The position numbers and the translations under genes are program-made. The notes under the pieces are model-generated. The model worked only from the letters and a program-made list of their open reading frames with translations. It ran no database searches and was not told the origin of the DNA. Positions 57,813 to 64,000 of a DNA stretch of 64,000 nt are shown in pieces. The stretch is from an uncultured delta proteobacterium (GTDB taxonomy: Bacteria; Desulfobacterota; Binatia; UBA9968), in the NCBI GenBank assembly GCA_963771465.1, contig CAVYTU010000019.1, positions 96,001-160,000 of the forward strand, written 5' to 3'. Position 1 is the stretch's first letter, and every line of letters starts with the position of its first letter.

Positions 57813-60800
57813 CTAATACCGTTTGCCCAGATCCTGCAGCGCTTTCAACGCTTCGGCGTCATCGGCAGTGAGCGAAAGAATTTCGCGATACTTTTGTTCA
57901 GCTTGGTTGATCTTCCCCAACTGGGCATAGGATTGACCTAGCGCAAAGCGCAAATCGGTGCGGCGCCGCCGCATGCGCAATGCCTGCTCATAAGCCTCAG
58001 CGGCTTTCTCCCACATCGCAAGCTTGTAGTAGACCGCGCCCATTTCTGAATAGAAAGTTGCCGAGTCCTCGCCCTTGGCACGCGTCTTTTCCAATAACAC
58101 GCGCGCTTCCTGCAGCAGTTTCTTGCTCTGGGCTTCGTCCTTCAAACGCTGAGCACTCGCTAGGTTCCACCTTCCCCAGGCGAGCAGAACGGCCGGATGT
58201 TCCGGGTGGAGATCGCGCGCCTGCACGAACCATTTCTCCGCTTCCGGAAGATCGCCGGAATGAAGCGCGATATTTCCCAAGCCCAGATAAGGTAAAACCT
58301 CTTTGCTGCCCATTTTGATTATTTTCCCGTACACTTCCTTGGCATCGGGCAAATAAAATTCGTCGCTCATCGCCAGAACGTCAGGAATGTATTCTGCGCC
58401 CTGCTCCAGGGCTGCAAACGCTTCCTTGGCGCCCTCGGCGCTTTTGTCCTGCTCCAAAAGAATTTTCATCTTGAGCAGGTGAAATCTCGGGTTCTTGGGT
58501 TCGAGGCGAATTGCCTCCTCTAATTCATTCAACGCCCGGCCGCGTGAAACGCTCGCCGAGTAGGATTGTGCCATGTAAAAATGGTGCATGGCTTGCGGCA
58601 CCGGCAGCGCTGACGTTTTTAACCACGGCGGGCTGTCGACCAGAAATGGCGTCATGATCTTACGGTTGAGTTCGGTGGTGGAGCGGCGCAAACTCTTCGG
58701 CGCGGAGAATTCCAACTGTGCGCCGTCGTCGGTATTGATCGACGCGCCTTTGGAAAACGCCAGAAAACCTTCTCGATTCATCCGGTAAAAACCCTGCACC
58801 GCGTAGACATCGGAAAGGCCGAGATAATCGAGATCCGATTGCAGCATTTTGTTGTTGTCATAAATCGCTTTGACCGCCGGATAATTGAACTTCTGTTCCG
58901 TCTTGCTGCCGATGAGAAGGAAGTCGCTTTCTTTCATGCTCCACAGTGAAACGTAGGGGAACGCCTCGGCGAAGGTCCGAAACACCATGCGGAAGTCGTC
59001 CGGCGACATCGAATAATTGTGAAACCACTGGGCGAAAATGCCGTCGTTTTTGATCTTCGATTTGACGACGGAATAAAATTCGCGCGTGTAAAGGTTGGCG
59101 ATGCCGGCGATCCACGGGTTGGACGGCTCGGCGGTAATGACATCGTAGAATTTCGGCGTGGCGAGAATATAATTTTTGCCGTCGGTGGGAATCACCCGCA
59201 CCCGCGGGTCTTCGAGGACGCTCGAATGGCGCGAATGACGCGCATTGCGCGATAACCGGTCGATGGCGCCGCGGTAGTTAAGATCCTCGGAGCGCTTCAT
59301 CAGCTCGGTGCGCGCTTCAGGTTCCATCACACCTTTGTAATAGAGCCGCTCTTCTTTCGCGTTATACCAAATCCGGCTCTTGGAATCGTCGGCGGGGAAT
59401 GTCACGCCGTCGGGAAACTTATCGATCTTGACCGAGGCGCGGTCAAAAAACTTACTCGCTTCAATCATGGCCGGTTCGATTTCGATGACTTCGATGTCCT
59501 TGAGCGACTTAAAAGTTGCCAACGCCTTGGCCGACATGCCGCTGCCGAGACCGATGGTCAGCGCGGTTTCGGCTTTCGGGTTAAGCATCATGGCGATGTA
59601 GCTGGTCATTAACTGGCTCAGCGCGTCGCCATAGGAGCCGTCGATTTTGCCGTTGGAGCGAAAATACAGGTAATCGCTGCCGGTGATCCGATGAACGCTC
59701 ACCGTAGTGGTCAAACCTTCGCGGTAAAACAGTACGTCGTCGCGCTTCATCTCTTCCCGCCGCAAGCTGTCGGTCGGCAGCGACTCGTAACGGTCGGCAT
59801 ACACCGTTACGCCGCTGGTGAGGATGCTCGGATCCCAGCGGCGAATCTTGAACGGCACGATCGCCGCCAGCACCAACACGGCGACACCGAGAGTATAACG
59901 CGGCAACGGCGCGAGCTTGTGATCGCAAATCAACAGCCAAGCGCCGATCAAAAGATTCATCACCACGGCGAAAATGATCGTGTTCTGCACCCCGAGGTTG
60001 GGGATCAAAATAAATCCGCCGGCAAACGCGCCGAGTACGGCGCCGACGGTATTGGCCGCATAGGAACTGCCGACGCCGCTACCGACGCGGTACAAGCTTT
60101 GGGTGAACAAACGCGCGACCAGAGGAAACGTCATGCCCAAGAGAATCGTTGGCACGAACATCACCAGCGCCGACAGAAATATTTGCAGATAGAGAAACAC
60201 GGTAAAGGTGTCGCCGAAGCCGTGCAGCAACCGGACGAAGATCAATGGCAGTTTTTCAAAAAGCGGAATCGTCGCCAACGCTGATAAGCCGACCCAGAGC
60301 TCGATCAAACCGAAGGTGCTCAAACGCGCCTCCCGGCCGCCCAACACCCGTGCGTAGAAAAACCCGCCGAGCGCTAGGCCGATCAAGAAAGTTACTAACA
60401 TCGTCGAGAAAGAATAAATCGAGCTGCCAATGACCAGGGTCAAGGCGCGTGTCCAAGCGTTCTCATAAACCAAGGAGGCGAAGCCGGAGAGCGCGAACGA
60501 TGTTAAAACCACCCAGGCAAGCGCACGGTTCGATGACGACGAGCCGTTCTCGGTTGCCGGCGCATCGCTCACCGTCTCCGCCGTTTCCTGCTCGGCGGGC
60601 AATGGCATTTTGTCGCGCAGCCTGTCGACGATGAGAATCACCGCGGCGATCACCAGGTTGACACTAGCGGCAACGAACACCGTCGCGCGCATGCCGAGAG
60701 TCGGGATCAGTACAAAACCGCCCGCGGCGCAGCCGATCACCGCGCCGAGCGTGTTGGTGGCGTAGAGATCGCCAACCCGACGGCCGAACTGCGCATAACT

Positions 60801-61259
60801 CTTGACGAAGAACCGGCTCAGCACCGGCAACGTCGCGCCCATCAGCAAGGTTGGAAAAACCAACAAAACAAAGGACAGAAAAAACAGCACGAGATTAAAT
60901 ATAAATGGATACGATTGGTTGAGGCCGAAGATCGGGCCGTAAAGTTTTTGCGCGCCGGCGAACAGCCACGGCACGAGAAATCCGTAAACACCGACACCGG
61001 CTTCGAGAATACCGTAGAGAACAAAATCATTTTTGCCGCGGTCGGCGATCTTGCCGAACCAATAGCTGCCGATCGCTAGTCCCGCCATGAACGCCGACAA
61101 CACCGTCGCGATCGCGTACGTCGTGTTGCCGAAAATCTGCGTCAGCATACGCGTCCACACCACTTGATAAATCAAACCCGCGGCGCCGGAAAAGAAAAAA
61201 CAGAACAGTCCGACGATGAGAAGCCAGTCTTGTTTGGAACGCGGCACACCATCCGTCAT
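57813..61259 (-). CDS. Membrane (MFS-like) spermidine-synthase-family methyltransferase fusion with C-terminal TPRs
   Basis: SGAAGLIYQVVW...LMGATLP...LYATNTLGA repeated twice; IGLGSG, EIEPAM, DVITAEPSNPW; C-terminal TPRs. Confidence 0.88.
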   Translation of the reverse strand: MTDGVPRSKQDWLLIVGLFCFFFSGAAGLIYQVVWTRMLTQIFGNTTYAIATVLSAFMAGLAIGSYWFGKIADRGKNDFVLYGILEAGVGVYGFLVPWLFAGAQKLYGPIFGLNQSYPFIFNLVLFFLSFVLLVFPTLLMGATLPVLSRFFVKSYAQFGRRVGDLYATNTLGAVIGCAAGGFVLIPTLGMRATVFVAASVNLVIAAVILIVDRLRDKMPLPAEQETAETVSDAPATENGSSSSNRALAWVVLTSFALSGFASLVYENAWTRALTLVIGSSIYSFSTMLVTFLIGLALGGFFYARVLGGREARLSTFGLIELWVGLSALATIPLFEKLPLIFVRLLHGFGDTFTVFLYLQIFLSALVMFVPTILLGMTFPLVARLFTQSLYRVGSGVGSSYAANTVGAVLGAFAGGFILIPNLGVQNTIIFAVVMNLLIGAWLLICDHKLAPLPRYTLGVAVLVLAAIVPFKIRRWDPSILTSGVTVYADRYESLPTDSLRREEMKRDDVLFYREGLTTTVSVHRITGSDYLYFRSNGKIDGSYGDALSQLMTSYIAMMLNPKAETALTIGLGSGMSAKALATFKSLKDIEVIEIEPAMIEASKFFDRASVKIDKFPDGVTFPADDSKSRIWYNAKEERLYYKGVMEPEARTELMKRSEDLNYRGAIDRLSRNARHSRHSSVLEDPRVRVIPTDGKNYILATPKFYDVITAEPSNPWIAGIANLYTREFYSVVKSKIKNDGIFAQWFHNYSMSPDDFRMVFRTFAEAFPYVSLWSMKESDFLLIGSKTEQKFNYPAVKAIYDNNKMLQSDLDYLGLSDVYAVQGFYRMNREGFLAFSKGASINTDDGAQLEFSAPKSLRRSTTELNRKIMTPFLVDSPPWLKTSALPVPQAMHHFYMAQSYSASVSRGRALNELEEAIRLEPKNPRFHLLKMKILLEQDKSAEGAKEAFAALEQGAEYIPDVLAMSDEFYLPDAKEVYGKIIKMGSKEVLPYLGLGNIALHSGDLPEAEKWFVQARDLHPEHPAVLLAWGRWNLASAQRLKDEAQSKKLLQEARVLLEKTRAKGEDSATFYSEMGAVYYKLAMWEKAAEAYEQALRMRRRRTDLRFALGQSYAQLGKINQAEQKYREILSLTADDAEALKALQDLGKRY

Positions 61260-61613
61260 AGAGTATCTCCTGCAAACATCCGCAAAGAATTCAAAGATTG
61301 ATAGCAAGCCGTGGGTTAACTGTAAAGGGTAACGCGCGCCAACAAATGCTTCGCGCAGCGTCGTTGCGATGCGGGACAATCATTCCGCGCACGAGTGAAA
61401 ACGATGCGCGCCGGCCACCGCGTTCGTTGACTTCAAGAAAAAATTCATATAGGCATTAGGACCGTCCAAACTTCTAGAATCTGAAATTCATCCCCGTATT
61501 ATTACTCGGGTTTGGTCTCAAATGTTCGTGGTTGGTTTCAAATGCAGGACCTATTTTTTACGCTGACGTAGATATCGCGGCCAGAATAAACATAAACGAT
61601 TCGGAGGAAAGCA

Positions 61614-63185
61614 ATGGCAAACGCAAAACGAGACGGGGCATCGCCGGAAGAAGCCAGAGATCTACGGAGTGCCATCGAATGGATGAAAAAAGAAGGGGAT
61701 ATCATCGTCACCGATAAAGAGGTCGACCCCAACCTGGAACTCACCGGCATTCAAAAAAAACTCGACGGTGGCTGCCCAATCCTTTTTAATAACGTCAAAG
61801 GCAAACCGCAGCATCGCTGCGTCACTAATTTGTTCGGTGATATGAACGTCATCAACAAAATGTTCGGCTGGAAAGACCACGCCGACCGGACCCGAAAATT
61901 GGCCTACGCCATCACTCATCCGATCGCGCCGATCGTCGTCGAGCAAAAAGATGCGCCGGTGCAAGAAGAAGTTTATGAGAAACCGGCGGAAGCAAACGAC
62001 TACGTCGTGCCGATCCGTCATACCGACATCGAACCCGAATTGACCGTCGGTTCCGGCAATCGATTGATTGCCGGCGAGTATTTTGAAGGCGGCACCGACC
62101 TCGGTTATAACCGTATGAACTTTCGCTGGGGTAACGTCGGAACTTTTCAAATTTCCCCCGGCTCGCACATGTGGCAGGTCGTCAGCAAGTATTACAAAGA
62201 CAACAAAGTGGTGCCGATCACGATGAACTTCGGCTTGCCGGTGGCCGGTTCGCTGCTCGCGGGCGCGGGTTTCGATTACGTGATCCTGCCGCAAGGCTGT
62301 GACGAAGTCGGCATCGCCGGCGCCGTGCAAGGCGCGCCCATGCGTTTGGTCAAAGCGCGCACGGTGGACGCCTACGCGTTGGCGGACGCGGAAGTGATTC
62401 TCGAAGGCTACGTCAACCCGCGCGACCGCCGCTTTGAAACCGCCGAGTCGGAGAAAGCCGGCATCCAAGGCCGTTTCCATTTCCATCCGGAATGGGCCGG
62501 CTACATGGGCAAAGCTTACAAAGCACCGACCTTTCACGTCACCGCCGTCACCACGCGCAAACGCGAAGGCAAACCGATTATTTTCCCGCTCGGCGTACAC
62601 ACTCTTGACGATCACAACATCGACACCACCGTGCGTGAGGCGGCGATGTTCGAGCTCTGTGAAAGAATGCAGCCAGGCATCATCATGGACGTGAACATTC
62701 CCTATTGCATGACCGACTGGGGCGGCGCGATCATTCAAGTGAAAAAACGCAACCGCATTGAAGAAGGCTGGCAGCGCAATTTCATGGCGGCGATCCTCGC
62801 CACCTCGCAGGGTTCCCGTCTCGTCGTCGCGGTGAGCGAAGATAGCGATCCCTATGACATGGATGATATCATGTGGAACTTGACCACTCGGGTCAATCCC
62901 AAAACCGACATCATCAATCCGCTTCCCGGCGGTCGCGGCCAGACCTTCATGCCCGCCGAGCGTATGACCGCCGGCGAAAAAGAATGGACGGCATCGAATA
63001 CCAGTTTCGAAGGCGGTATGGGCATCGATGCCACCGTGCCGTTCGGTTACGAGAGCGATTTCATGCGGCCGGTTTATCCCGTCGACAGAGTCGATCTTAA
63101 AAATTGGTTTAGTGACAAAGACATTCAAAACGCCAAGAGCCGCATGCAAGGCTGGGTGCATTCCTTGGCGCGCACAGGCAGATAA
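61614..63185 (+). CDS. UbiD-family (prFMN-dependent) (de)carboxylase
   Basis: EVDPNLEL, LFNNVKG, VTNLFG, YNRM, AEVILEG, PEWAGY, MWNLTTRVNP, GIDATVP. Confidence 0.88.
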   Translation: MANAKRDGASPEEARDLRSAIEWMKKEGDIIVTDKEVDPNLELTGIQKKLDGGCPILFNNVKGKPQHRCVTNLFGDMNVINKMFGWKDHADRTRKLAYAITHPIAPIVVEQKDAPVQEEVYEKPAEANDYVVPIRHTDIEPELTVGSGNRLIAGEYFEGGTDLGYNRMNFRWGNVGTFQISPGSHMWQVVSKYYKDNKVVPITMNFGLPVAGSLLAGAGFDYVILPQGCDEVGIAGAVQGAPMRLVKARTVDAYALADAEVILEGYVNPRDRRFETAESEKAGIQGRFHFHPEWAGYMGKAYKAPTFHVTAVTTRKREGKPIIFPLGVHTLDDHNIDTTVREAAMFELCERMQPGIIMDVNIPYCMTDWGGAIIQVKKRNRIEEGWQRNFMAAILATSQGSRLVVAVSEDSDPYDMDDIMWNLTTRVNPKTDIINPLPGGRGQTFMPAERMTAGEKEWTASNTSFEGGMGIDATVPFGYESDFMRPVYPVDRVDLKNWFSDKDIQNAKSRMQGWVHSLARTGR

Positions 63186-63207
63186 TCTCCTAGATGGTTA
63201 CAACCGC

Positions 63208-63242
63208 AAAAAAAGGCAGGGACCCAATCCCTGCCTTTTTTT
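63208..63242 (+). terminator. Rho-independent terminator after the UbiD gene
   Basis: AAAAAAAGGCAGGGA-CCCAA-TCCCTGCCTTTTTTT. Confidence 0.88.
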
Positions 63243-63469
63243 GTCGAGCGCGGGGGAGAAATGTTTCCGGTGAGAAAGTTTCTCAAAACCAAACATTTCC
63301 TTTGATTTCAGCGACTCAGGAACGCAGAGAAGTTTTTCGATCCGCGTTAGGAATTTTTTCTGAAAATCGCGTTGACTTAGCGAACCCTATTTGATACCTA
63401 ACCAACAACCTCGGCGGCTTCAAATCGCCAACGCAGTCTTCTTCAGTCAAAATCACCCGGGAATAAAGC

Positions 63470-64000
63470 ATGGAGAAACGCCATAAAAACCCCCTCGCTC
63501 GTACTTTAAGTTGCGGCAAAATCACCCTCGTCGTTGCATTGTTTGTTCCCGCGTTACTGGCATTCAAAAATCTGACAAAAAATAACAAAGTCGTCAGAAC
63601 AACGGAAATCTTAAAAATTGTCCACATCACGGAAAAACCCAGACCGAGAGAACTAGTCAAAATTTATTCCATCGTCAAATCACACCGCCCCGACATCACT
63701 GAATCCGAAGCGTGGCGAGTTTCTGAAGTGATCTTGGAAGAAAGCCTAAAGCGCGACATCGATCCGATACTCGTGCTGGCGGTGATCGAGGTAGAGAGCC
63801 GGTTTCAGTACACGGCGGTTTCGCCAATGGGTGCCCGCGGTATTATGCAGATCATGCCGGACACCGGTAAATTCCTGACTGAAACGCGCGGCCACGAAAT
63901 CGGCCTGCGCCCGGCGTCGTTTCGCCCGGAATCACTGGATGATCCGCTGTTAAGTATTCGCTTGGGAGTTTTCTATTTGCACGATCTCAAGAAGCAATTT
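63470..64000 (+). CDS. Lytic transglycosylase (SLT domain), 3'-truncated by window edge
   Basis: Manual translation MEKRHK...IDPILVLAVIEVESRFQYTAVSPMGARGIMQIMP; absent from the ORF track because no stop lies in the window. Confidence 0.88.
   Translation, partial: MEKRHKNPLARTLSCGKITLVVALFVPALLAFKNLTKNNKVVRTTEILKIVHITEKPRPRELVKIYSIVKSHRPDITESEAWRVSEVILEESLKRDIDPILVLAVIEVESRFQYTAVSPMGARGIMQIMPDTGKFLTETRGHEIGLRPASFRPESLDDPLLSIRLGVFYLHDLKKQF

Noticed and set aside
59227-59430. Insert in the spermidine-synthase domain as an intein
   Set aside because: Too short, and it lacks the C/S start and HN-C/S/T end
61662-63161. 499-aa antisense ORF, and similar long antisense ORFs such as 29026-29883, 36865-37647 and 23261-24037
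   Set aside because: Shadow frames of well-supported genes in GC-rich DNA, with no recognisable motifs
63300-63470. Possible c-di-AMP (ydaO) riboswitch upstream of the lytic transglycosylase
   Set aside because: I could not find the conserved GCTGAA/GGGGGAAC/GTCAGCTAAC elements

Overview
This is a GC-rich bacterial window; gene content and repeat style suggest Ca. Binatota/'Deltaproteobacteria' (inference). It has three blocks. (1) 1-16.3 kb is an aromatic-catabolism and uptake region: TctA, a Zn-dehydrogenase, two phthalate-4,5-dioxygenase-type Rieske oxygenases, fused and split cupins, three paralogous solute-binding proteins plus one permease, a dihydroxyphthalate-decarboxylase-like protein and an SDR epimerase. 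(2) 16.3-41.1 kb is the most striking: a ~25 kb minus-strand run with six signal-peptide-bearing YtcJ/amidohydrolase_3 paralogs. Five of them are directly followed by an exported single-domain rhodanese with a predicted Xaa-His mature N-terminus. Interleaved are CopC, a CopD-cytochrome c fusion and two solute-binding proteins, and the run ends in a six-gene MoxR/DUF58/VWA/TPR (mxaRSACKL/bat-like) module. The one amidohydrolase that has lost its HxH motif and all cysteines is followed by the one rhodanese that has lost its CxC loop, suggesting a dedicated enzyme-maturase partnership. (3) 41-64 kb holds envelope and housekeeping genes: divergent TPR lipoproteins, two near-identical porin genes, glycerate kinase, OmpA, mscL, ydbH/ydbL-like genes, proC, a membrane spermidine-synthase-TPR fusion, UbiD and lytic transglycosylases. 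About a dozen single-base frameshifts between 5.8 and 38.3 kb look like long-read indel errors rather than true pseudogenes. No rRNA, tRNA, CRISPR array or transposase was seen.
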